The notes beneath the pieces are model-generated. The model worked only from the letters and a program-made list of their open reading frames with translations. It searched no databases and had not been told where the DNA came from. The position numbers and the translations under genes were made by a program. From NCBI GenBank assembly GCA_001771235.1, contig METF01000314.1:599-30185 (forward strand): a stretch of 29,587 bases of DNA, read 5' to 3'. Position 1 is the stretch's first letter. Each line of letters begins with the position of its first letter. The DNA comes from Candidatus Zhuqueibacterota bacterium RBG_16_48_16. GTDB taxonomy: Bacteria > Zhuqueibacterota > Zhuqueibacteria > Residuimicrobiales > Sediminimicrobiaceae. This document shows positions 1 to 7,524 of this stretch, piece by piece.

Positions 1-2
1 AG

Positions 3-437
3 GCAAACAGCGCCAACCTGGGATTCAACATTGTGACCAAATATCCAAAGTCTCATTATGTTTGCATCGATGAGCGGGAAATACGACTGGCGGAGCACAG
101 CAAGCATGGCTCGATAAAGGATATGGTTTATCATATTGCCGGGCGTATGCAGGCCGAGACTATCAGCGTCACGCTCGGCGAAGAAGGCGCCCTGGCTTAT
201 CGCGCCGGAAATGGCTTTAGCACTGTGCCGATTTTTTCAGACGGGGTTATCGACACAGTAGGCGCCGGAGATGCGTTTTTAGCTATCACTTCTTTAACAG
301 CTCTGGCAGGCCAGCCGACGGATGTGATCGGATTCATTGGCAACGCCGTGGGCGCACTGGCGGTTCGTATTGTTGGAAATAAGGAATCCATAGAACCCAC
401 CGCGCTTTTTAAATTTATTCAGACTTTATTGAAATGA
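3..437 (+). CDS. PfkB-family carbohydrate kinase, C-terminal part (RfaE/HldE kinase-like); 5' end lies outside the window
   Basis: The frame is open from position 3 (ANSANLGFNIVTKYP...). It carries the PfkB C-terminal signature DTVGAGDAF and sits directly upstream of a gmhA-like gene. Confidence 0.8.
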   Translation, partial: ANSANLGFNIVTKYPKSHYVCIDEREIRLAEHSKHGSIKDMVYHIAGRMQAETISVTLGEEGALAYRAGNGFSTVPIFSDGVIDTVGAGDAFLAITSLTALAGQPTDVIGFIGNAVGALAVRIVGNKESIEPTALFKFIQTLLK

Positions 438-446
438 AGGATAATC

Positions 447-1088
447 ATGAACGATCAGCTTTTTTCGAAACGGTACTTGGCAGAGTTAACCTGTGTTCTG
501 GAAAATCTCAATTTGAAGGTTTGGTCCAAGATCCTCCAAGAGCTGGAACGGGTCTTTTACGAGAATGCGACAATTTTCCTGATCGGCAATGGCGGCAGCG
601 CCTCTACTGCCTCGCATATAGCCAATGATTTGATGCTGGGAGCAGCCAGGGAAGGAGGGAGGGGATTTAAAGCCATATCATTATGCGACAACGCTGCCGT
701 GACGATGGCGATTGCCAACGATACAAACTATGACCAAATTTTTTCCCGGCAGTTAAAGGTGTTAGCCAGACACGGCGATGCGCTCTTGTCCATTTCAGGC
801 AGCGGCAATTCTCCCAACCTGATAAAAGCCGTTCGAACAGCGAATGAGCTTGATATGATTACCATTGGCTTTTTAGGGATGGATGGTGGAAAATTGCTTA
901 AAATGTGCGGTACTTCCATTGTCGTACCGTCTGATGATTACGGACTCATCGAGACCGTGCATGTAGCGCTGGATCACCTGTTGGTTGACTATTTTAAACA
1001 ATTGCAGAAGAGCCACGAGAACATTGATCACGTCCCCGGCACAGGTCTCTCTGTTGCTCAACGTGCCTGGATTGCTGAAACGGCCTAA
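447..1088 (+). CDS. gmhA: SIS-domain phosphoheptose (sedoheptulose-7-phosphate) isomerase
   Basis: Motifs IGNGGSASTASH, AIANDTNYDQIFSRQL, SISGSGNSPNL, GFLGMDGG and IETVHVALDH are typical of GmhA. RBS aagga at 437-441. Confidence 0.85.
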   Translation: MNDQLFSKRYLAELTCVLENLNLKVWSKILQELERVFYENATIFLIGNGGSASTASHIANDLMLGAAREGGRGFKAISLCDNAAVTMAIANDTNYDQIFSRQLKVLARHGDALLSISGSGNSPNLIKAVRTANELDMITIGFLGMDGGKLLKMCGTSIVVPSDDYGLIETVHVALDHLLVDYFKQLQKSHENIDHVPGTGLSVAQRAWIAETA

Positions 1089-1222
1089 GTGTCTGAACGA
1101 AAACTGGCAAAATAAAAAAGAGCTGTCATTGCGAGCGGAGGAAATGAGTCATTTCCCGTTCAATTTGCTTTTTTGGAGCGAAGCAATCTCGGAACCGTTT
1201 GGGTTTTCGTTCAGACAAGTAG
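1085..1222. mobile_element. MITE-like miniature element bounded by 20-bp inverted repeats
   Basis: ctaagtgtctgaacgaaaac (1085-1104) matches the reverse complement of 1203-1222 at 18/20, with a perfect 15-bp core (1090-1104 / 1203-1217). No transposase and no clear target duplication. Confidence 0.55.
1123..1190. repeat. Left half of a GTCATTGCGAG...CGAAGCAATC palindromic intergenic repeat
   Basis: 1123-1188 matches 23275-23340 at 60/66 nt. It contains the mini-hairpin ggaaatga-g-tcatttcc. Confidence 0.85.
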
Positions 1223-1372
1223 TCCATTTCAGAATTATTTGCCGGGTTATGGAAAAAGCAAAAAGTTCATAGTCCAGCCTTTAGGCCGAAATTGTCAAGC
1301 CAAAGCTTGAACTACAGACAAAAAACCCAACATGAACTTATGAAATGGAGCAAGTTCGCAAAAGGAACACAC

Positions 1373-2308
1373 ATGATAGCCGTTGAACAAGATTACACAA
1401 AATTTATCCAAAAGGGATTCAATGCGCCAGACGAAGGTAAGGGACGCCTGCCGGATTTTATCGGATTGGGCGTCCGCAGGTGCGCATCCACCTACCTGCA
1501 AAACATGCTCATGCAGCACCCGGAATTGGCGTTTCCAAGAATCTCGCCCGATGTCCCATTCTGTTGCGATCCCGGCTTTTTTGAGAAATTGAAGAAAGAG
1601 GGTCCCTTTATTTTAAAAGAATCGCACATGTGGACGCCTTTTTACTTAGATTGGAAGCAAAAGTTAGGGTATCTAAACACCTACAAGCGGCTGTTTGAGC
1701 ATGCCCAACCCTGGCAGAAAGCGGGAGAAGTCTCAGCGATTTACCTGCTGTTTTTGACCTATGGCAATTTCATTGGCGACTTTAAAAAGATACTGCCCCA
1801 TGTCAAATTGTTTTTCACCATCCGCAACCCGGTCGAGCGTTTGATCAGCGACTTTTTTCATTGGCCGCCGAATGAAGAGGAAAATCCTGATTTTGAAGCG
1901 TGCGTCAATACCATTGCCTGGCGTGTGTCAAATAACCAGGTCAACACGGTGGATTATCACAACCGGCTTTTTCTGACCGGGTTTTATCATAACAGCATCC
2001 AAAAACTTTACCAATATTTCCCAATCGACCAGGTACATATTATCTTGTTTGAAGAGATCAAAGAAAATCCTAAAGTCGCGTTGCGTCGTTTGTGCCGGTT
2101 TCTTGACATCGACGAGGGGTTTGAGTTTCGGGATATTGAGAAACCGGTCAAGCCGGCGCTGGTGGAAAAATCCTATAAAAAAAGAAATACAGCAACTGCG
2201 GAGCAGAAACAGAAACTCATCGACTTGTACAGGCCGTCTATATTGAATCTATCTAAAATTATCAATCGGGATTTAACCGGCTGGCTGGATGTAGAATCAA
2301 TAAATTAA
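1373..2308 (+). CDS. PAPS-dependent sulfotransferase family protein
   Basis: 5'-PSB-like loop PDFIGLGVRRCASTYL and 3'-PB motif IRNPVERLISDF. Start moved from the ORF-track TTG (1292) to ATG 1373, which follows an aaagga RBS at 1361-1366. Confidence 0.8.
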   Translation: MIAVEQDYTKFIQKGFNAPDEGKGRLPDFIGLGVRRCASTYLQNMLMQHPELAFPRISPDVPFCCDPGFFEKLKKEGPFILKESHMWTPFYLDWKQKLGYLNTYKRLFEHAQPWQKAGEVSAIYLLFLTYGNFIGDFKKILPHVKLFFTIRNPVERLISDFFHWPPNEEENPDFEACVNTIAWRVSNNQVNTVDYHNRLFLTGFYHNSIQKLYQYFPIDQVHIILFEEIKENPKVALRRLCRFLDIDEGFEFRDIEKPVKPALVEKSYKKRNTATAEQKQKLIDLYRPSILNLSKIINRDLTGWLDVESIN

Positions 2309-2323
2309 AAATAAGGTGCCTAT

Positions 2324-2953
2324 ATGAATCCTGCTAATACACTACAGTCGATAGAAGATTGGAATGAGCTTCAATTTCACCTCGCCCAGCGAGAGAATCA
2401 AAAGCCTGTAGCCGAAAAATTAGACCGTCCTTTTAACATGGCAAAAAAGCAGATATTCGAAAAATTCATTCCAAAAAATAAACCTTTGAAAATCCTGGAA
2501 GCCGGTTGCTTTACTGCAGCATGGGGAGAATACTTTGCCGGAATGGGCCATGATGTCTTGTGTGTAGATCTGCCGGAAGTGCTGGATATTGCCAGGCGCG
2601 ATATTCCTGTAAGGTATGCTCCATGCGACTTGAACAACAATTTTCCGGATGGAAAATTTGATATTATTCTTTGTACGCAGGTGATCGAACATGTCGCCCG
2701 GGACTTTGAATTGCTGAGGAATATCTGCACTCATCTGGAGCCGGACGGACTGGCCTTTATCGATACGGTCACGGAAATACCGGACAAGGTCGAGGACCAT
2801 GGACATTTAAGGGCTTATCCGGGCTATAGCCTGCAGGCTCTGATGAAAACGGCTGGATTTGAAATTGTCTTTTTTGCCAGGATTGTCTTGAAGCAATCGA
2901 ATGATGAGAATGTTTTTGCTATTGGTAAAAGAGCGACGTGTGCTGCATGTTAA
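2324..2953 (+). CDS. Class I SAM-dependent methyltransferase
   Basis: Motif I variant ILEAGCFTA, VLCVDL, then FDIILCTQVIEHV and LEPDGLAFI. RBS aaggtg upstream. Confidence 0.8.
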   Translation: MNPANTLQSIEDWNELQFHLAQRENQKPVAEKLDRPFNMAKKQIFEKFIPKNKPLKILEAGCFTAAWGEYFAGMGHDVLCVDLPEVLDIARRDIPVRYAPCDLNNNFPDGKFDIILCTQVIEHVARDFELLRNICTHLEPDGLAFIDTVTEIPDKVEDHGHLRAYPGYSLQALMKTAGFEIVFFARIVLKQSNDENVFAIGKRATCAAC

Positions 2954-2976
2954 CCGATCATCGAGGTATTATTTCA

Positions 2977-4122
2977 ATGGCTTTAGCAGACGATTGGAAA
3001 GATAACACAACATCTCCTGCTGTCGCGCAACAAGGCCTTGCTCATGGAGCGGACGGGAATCGGGATCGGAGGGCGGATTCCTGGAAGAAATACTATGACC
3101 AGGGTTGTGCCGCTCTCACTGCAAATGATTTACAGCAAGCCCGGACGCTTTTCAATCTCGCTATAAATGTTGACTATAACCAGCCGCTAACATGGATAAA
3201 AACAGCGATGATGTTTCAAAGGCAAGGCGACATGAGCTCGGCCATAGCCGCCATCCAAACAAGCCTTGATCTGGATCCTGAAAATACGATTGCGCGCTAT
3301 TACGCCGGGATTTTTAACCGCGTCATGCTGGAACGATTCGCTGACAAAACCGGCAAAAAGTTATCCTGCTATCAGGAAGAAATCGTCTACACAACGGAAG
3401 ACGAGCTGCTGGTGAAACGCGGCGATAAAATCGATGATGTAAATTTCGCCAGAGCTCTGGATGCCTTTTGGACCGGCTTTGTTGGGGGCGACTGGAACGC
3501 TGTACGAACACGGCATGAATTTTCTGAAGAACAAATGAAACAATACATCGATCACATAGCTCGAATGCTTGCAATGGAATTTTTTGGCGTCAAGATCCAA
3601 AAAAATGACCGCATTCTTGATATCGGGACAGGCGCCGGCAAGATTTTACACGTCCTGGCTCAACACGGCCTGCTGAAGAATGTTACGGCTACCGATGTCG
3701 CGGTGAATGAGCTTAGAGGGCTGAAAAGGAAATTTTATAAAGCGCATCATGATCAGCCCTTAGGCTACGTAGGACTGTTGGCACAACAGCTACCTTTTAA
3801 AAAGCAGGTGTTTGACGTCATTCTCATGATGGATATCGTGGAACACCTCTATCATAACGAGCTCGTAGCGGTTTTAAAAGAGATTAAGAATATTTTAAAA
3901 CCCGGCGGCAGGATATATATACAGACACCCAATGGAATGCGGTACATGGGAAAATTAGAGAGACTGCCTGACAATAAAATCAATATCCCCGAGATGAACG
4001 GCAACTGGCAGCACGTAGCAGAAAAATCGATGGGATATTTGAAAAAGACATTAAATGATTGCGGCTATGACGTGGAGGTCTTAAACCGGCTGCGTTGCGC
4101 GGTGAAAGCGACGGTTGCTTGA
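2977..4122 (+). CDS. TPR-repeat plus class I SAM methyltransferase fusion
   Basis: N-terminal TPR-like helices (ARTLFNLAINVDYNQPLTW; AIAAIQTSLDLDPENTIARY). C-terminal ILDIGTGAG, FDVILMMDIVEHL and LKPGGRIYIQTPN. Start chosen after gaggt at 2963-2967; ATG 2947 is an alternative. Confidence 0.8.
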   Translation: MALADDWKDNTTSPAVAQQGLAHGADGNRDRRADSWKKYYDQGCAALTANDLQQARTLFNLAINVDYNQPLTWIKTAMMFQRQGDMSSAIAAIQTSLDLDPENTIARYYAGIFNRVMLERFADKTGKKLSCYQEEIVYTTEDELLVKRGDKIDDVNFARALDAFWTGFVGGDWNAVRTRHEFSEEQMKQYIDHIARMLAMEFFGVKIQKNDRILDIGTGAGKILHVLAQHGLLKNVTATDVAVNELRGLKRKFYKAHHDQPLGYVGLLAQQLPFKKQVFDVILMMDIVEHLYHNELVAVLKEIKNILKPGGRIYIQTPNGMRYMGKLERLPDNKINIPEMNGNWQHVAEKSMGYLKKTLNDCGYDVEVLNRLRCAVKATVA

Positions 4123-4166
4123 AAGTATCAGATCGATGAGCTGCAAAAATAAAACCTGCTAATGGA

Positions 4167-4213
4167 TTGAATGCTTGAGTCCATGCAATCATACGTTCAT
4201 AAAATTCGGAGAA
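4167..4213 (+). repeat. Duplicated leader of GT2-TPR paralog 1
   Basis: ttgaatgcttgagt plus ccatgcaatcatacgttcataaaattcggagaa recurs at 5377-5390 and 5439-5471 (two substitutions in the second block). Confidence 0.9.
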
Positions 4214-4219
4214 CGACTT

Positions 4220-5380
4220 GTGACGAAAACTGCAAAGAAGAATAAACAAAAATTGGCCCGACCGACCCTGTCTCTCTGCATGATTGTCAAAAATGAAGAA
4301 ATGTACTTGCCAACTGCTCTGGAAAGTATCAAAGATATCGTCAATGAAATGATTGTCGTGGATACCGGTTCTACGGATCGGACGGTGGAAATTGCGCAGA
4401 AAAACGGCGCCCACGTATTCCATTTCGAATGGTGCGACGATTTTTCCAGGGCGCGCAACTATTCGCTTGATCACGCCGCCGGTGATTGGATCTTGAGCCT
4501 CGATGCTGACGAGCGCATCCCGCGCAGTGAGCTGGCAAAAATTCGGCAGGCAATATATTACTCCGAAATTGCCGCGGTTTCCATGATTCAGCGCATTCCC
4601 CAGGCAAATGAAAATCTGGTGCCGTTTGTCGATAGCGAATATTGCCGGCTTTTTCGCAACCATCCTGAAATCCGCTATCAAGGCCGCATTCATGAGCAAA
4701 TTTTACCGGCCATACAAAAACTCAATGGCAAGGTATTGCAAAGCGACATTGTCATCGATCATTGGGCTTATGGCGCAACAGCGGAAAAGAAGAAAAAGCG
4801 GGCCCAACGCAATATGAGGTTGCTGTTAAAAGATGCGGATGAAAATCCCTGCGACCCATTTATTTGCTATAATCTTGGGATGACTTTTCGGGAATTGGCG
4901 AACAATACAAAAGCAATTTTTTGGCTGCAAAAGGCGATTGAAAATGACGATAAGAAGATAAAAAGAGAAATCATTGCCAATTCGCATCTGGCTCTGAGTC
5001 AGCTCTTTTTGCAAGCTAATCATTTCGGCCTGGCCGAATCGCATGCCAACTGGGCGTTTTTAATAAACTCGAGAAATCTAATTTCCCTTTATATTCAGGC
5101 TACCATTTCTGTTTGTAGAAAAGACTATCAACAAGCAGTGGAAAGATTGGAGAATTTGATTCGTCTTTCGGCAAAAGAAAACATAGTGGAAAGGAAGATT
5201 CCTGCGCGGCAGCTCTGGAACGACTTGGCCGGATGCAGGGCGGCTGCCGGAGATTGGCAGGGAGCCGAAATCGCCCTTAGTATGTCAAGCGATAAAAGTG
5301 AGCAGGAATACGATTCCCGGTTCAAGGTTGCCATCTCGGAGATCAAGCCATTCATGACCTTGCCGGAAGCTTCAGTTTGA
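4220..5380 (+). CDS. Glycosyltransferase family 2 with C-terminal TPR repeats (paralog 1)
   Basis: TLSLCMIVKNEE, VVDTGSTDRT, FSRARN, DWILSLDADE and IHEQ, then TPR helices. GTG 4220 follows ggaga and aligns with the start of paralog 2 (VTKTAK vs MAKTAK). Confidence 0.9.
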   Translation: MTKTAKKNKQKLARPTLSLCMIVKNEEMYLPTALESIKDIVNEMIVVDTGSTDRTVEIAQKNGAHVFHFEWCDDFSRARNYSLDHAAGDWILSLDADERIPRSELAKIRQAIYYSEIAAVSMIQRIPQANENLVPFVDSEYCRLFRNHPEIRYQGRIHEQILPAIQKLNGKVLQSDIVIDHWAYGATAEKKKKRAQRNMRLLLKDADENPCDPFICYNLGMTFRELANNTKAIFWLQKAIENDDKKIKREIIANSHLALSQLFLQANHFGLAESHANWAFLINSRNLISLYIQATISVCRKDYQQAVERLENLIRLSAKENIVERKIPARQLWNDLAGCRAAAGDWQGAEIALSMSSDKSEQEYDSRFKVAISEIKPFMTLPEASV

Positions 5381-5471
5381 ATGCTTGAGTGCATGGTTGC
5401 ATGAATGCATGGCGGCGTGACGGCATGCAACCATACATCCATGCAATCATGCGTTCGTAAAATTCGGAGAA
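5377..5471 (+). repeat. Duplicated leader of GT2-TPR paralog 2, with an extra 48-bp hairpin-forming segment
   Basis: Same leader as 4167-4213 plus 5391-5438, which contains the perfect 11-bp inverted repeat atggttgcatg / catgcaaccat and a 4/8-bp periodic (a/g)tgc pattern. Confidence 0.85.
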
Positions 5472-5477
5472 TGACAC

Positions 5478-7229
5478 ATGGCGAAAACAGCAAAGTATAA
5501 ATTAAAGTCGCCCCGGCCAACCCTGTCTCTTTGCATGATTGTGAAAAACGAAGAACAATTCCTCGGACAATGCCTGGACAGCGTGCAGGATATTGTTGAT
5601 GAAATGATCATAGTGGACACAGGCTCGACGGACAGTACCGTCGAAATCGCCGGGCGATACGGCGCTCAAATCTTTCATCATCCCTGGCAGGGCAGCTTTA
5701 GCGAGGCGAGGAATTATGGATTGCAATACGCTACCGGCGATTGGATCCTGCAAATGGACGCGGATGAGGAGCTGGAAAAGGCCGATATCCCGATTTTAAA
5801 AAAGGTACTCCGGTCCGATTTGTATGACGCCATTTTTGTCGCTCTGTTGAATGATAGTCCCGAGGGTTGGGCCAAACATTATTTTCAACGTATATTTCGC
5901 CGGGGAAAGGCGCATTACGAGGGGATCGTGCACAATCAATTGGCCTACAAAGGCGCCGATCTGAGAACAGAGGTCCGCATTTACCACTGGGGATACAATC
6001 TTTGTGAAGAAAAAATGGCGGCGAAAATGCGCCGCACCGAGGAGCTGTTGCTAAAACAACTGGCGGAGGACGAAACCAATCCTTTTTCTTATGTGAATTA
6101 CTTACGGGTTCTGAGAGCACAGAAGCGATATGATGAGGCCGTGCAAACGGGGGAGAAGGCACTGGAGATTTGCCGACAGCGTATGACAGAGATTCACCGC
6201 CAAATGATCTTTTATGATACGGCTTACAGCGCCCTGCATGCCGGCCAGGAAGAAAAGGCGGAACAACTTTGTCAGGAAATTCTCAAAGAGTTTCCAGAAA
6301 ATATCGACATTCTTTTTACTGTGGCGACCGTTTTAATCAGCCAAAAAAAATATCGACAGGCGATTGAAACGTTTCATCGTTTTTTGGATATTCAGCAAAA
6401 ACTGAAAATAAAGCCTCAACATACCAGGCTGATCATCGACACATATAATTTTGATCATAAAGCCTGGGGACATATCTCAGATTGCTATTACGAATTGCAG
6501 GAATATGATAAATCCCTAAAAGCAGCCGAAAAGGCTGTTGCAGCGCGCAAGACCCCGCCAGCCTATCAGGTGACGTTGGCAAGGGTGTTGCTCAAATTGA
6601 ATCGCGTCGATGAGGCACGAAAAGAATTGACCGAGGTGGAGAGGACAGACCAGACGAATGTGCTGTTTTATTTGAAATGGGCGGCTCTTTGTAAGAGAAA
6701 TCCTGAATTGGGCGATGAAATGGCGCAGATCGAGCTCGGTTTGAAACGCTTTCCTCATTCTGAGGAGCTGCTCAACTACCGGGCTTATGCACTGCAAAAC
6801 GAGAATCCGCAGGAAGCGGAGAAAGTATGGCGAAACGTCATCGGGATTAATCCCGATCATGTGGGAGCCTATGTAGGGTTGGCAAAAATTGCCGCCAAAA
6901 ATCGACATTTGCAGGATTTGGAAAATTATGTGGAGGCCATCCTGAACAAAGCCGATAGTCCACCTGTCTTTAAAGAAGTCGGCGGATACTGTCTGCACGC
7001 CAGGCTGTATCGACAAGCCATCGATTTGTTCAGCAAATACCTGGCTAAAAAACCTGACGATGTCGAGGTCTTGACAGACGTGGCCACCTGCTATGCAAAA
7101 CAAGGGCATATTGAAGCTGCCATGTATGGTTTTCAGGCTGTTTTGGGGATAGCGCCTGAAAATGGCCGTGCCAGGGATAATTTGGCTAAAGTGATTATAG
7201 TGTTGCAAAGGAAGAGAGCGGTTGTATGA
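5478..7229 (+). CDS. Glycosyltransferase family 2 with many TPR repeats (paralog 2)
   Basis: TLSLCMIVKNEEQFL, IVDTGSTDST, FSEARN, DWILQMDADE and VHNQL, followed by a long TPR array. RBS ggaga. Confidence 0.9.
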   Translation: MAKTAKYKLKSPRPTLSLCMIVKNEEQFLGQCLDSVQDIVDEMIIVDTGSTDSTVEIAGRYGAQIFHHPWQGSFSEARNYGLQYATGDWILQMDADEELEKADIPILKKVLRSDLYDAIFVALLNDSPEGWAKHYFQRIFRRGKAHYEGIVHNQLAYKGADLRTEVRIYHWGYNLCEEKMAAKMRRTEELLLKQLAEDETNPFSYVNYLRVLRAQKRYDEAVQTGEKALEICRQRMTEIHRQMIFYDTAYSALHAGQEEKAEQLCQEILKEFPENIDILFTVATVLISQKKYRQAIETFHRFLDIQQKLKIKPQHTRLIIDTYNFDHKAWGHISDCYYELQEYDKSLKAAEKAVAARKTPPAYQVTLARVLLKLNRVDEARKELTEVERTDQTNVLFYLKWAALCKRNPELGDEMAQIELGLKRFPHSEELLNYRAYALQNENPQEAEKVWRNVIGINPDHVGAYVGLAKIAAKNRHLQDLENYVEAILNKADSPPVFKEVGGYCLHARLYRQAIDLFSKYLAKKPDDVEVLTDVATCYAKQGHIEAAMYGFQAVLGIAPENGRARDNLAKVIIVLQRKRAVV

Positions 7230-7406
7230 AGGCCTGGCATTATTCCGAAAACAGAAAGCGCTTTTTATTGAAATCCCCAAAAGCAAAATGATTTGATGGC
7301 AAAATAAATTCGATATGGTGATCTGTTTATTTGCGGGGAATGCCTTTTTGATTATCCAATTTTTTCATTAGCTCTTTAATCAAAATAAATATTCGGGAAA
7401 AAAAAC

Positions 7407-7433
7407 TAAAGTTTGTCGAACTCGAGTCGATAA
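7407..7433 (+). promoter_or_regulatory. Sigma-28 (FliA/SigD) promoter of flagellin
   Basis: TAAAGTTT (7407-7414), 11 nt, GTCGATAA (7426-7433): one mismatch to the extended consensus TAAAGTTT-N11-GCCGATAA, preceded by an A-rich tract. Confidence 0.9.
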
Positions 7434-7485
7434 CAGTGAATGAGAGTCATAGATAAATCCTGACTCAAACTCACAACAACATAGC

Positions 7486-7516
7486 GGCAAGGAAGCCTCG
7501 AAATCCAACAAGGAGG
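7486..7516 (+). promoter_or_regulatory. Two candidate CsrA/RsmA binding sites in the flagellin 5' UTR
   Basis: GGC-AAGGAA-GCC places GGA in a hairpin loop (7486-7497). A second AAGGA overlaps the Shine-Dalgarno (7510-7516). This is the arrangement known from Bacillus hag leaders. Confidence 0.65.
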
Positions 7517-7524
7517 TACTAGTC

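Noticed and set aside
1017-1088. C-terminal extension of GmhA as a possible frameshift or fusion remnant
   Set aside because: No slippery site and no convincing continuation in another frame.
985-1272. 95-aa plus-strand ORF overlapping the gmhA end
   Set aside because: It runs through the repeat element, has no RBS or recognisable motif, and its faint likeness to a GHMP-kinase N-terminus is too weak to support.
3980-4699. 239-aa minus-strand ORF
   Set aside because: Antisense shadow of the well-supported methyltransferase and GT genes.
6516-7286. 256-aa minus-strand ORF
   Set aside because: Antisense to GT2-TPR paralog 2, with no motif.
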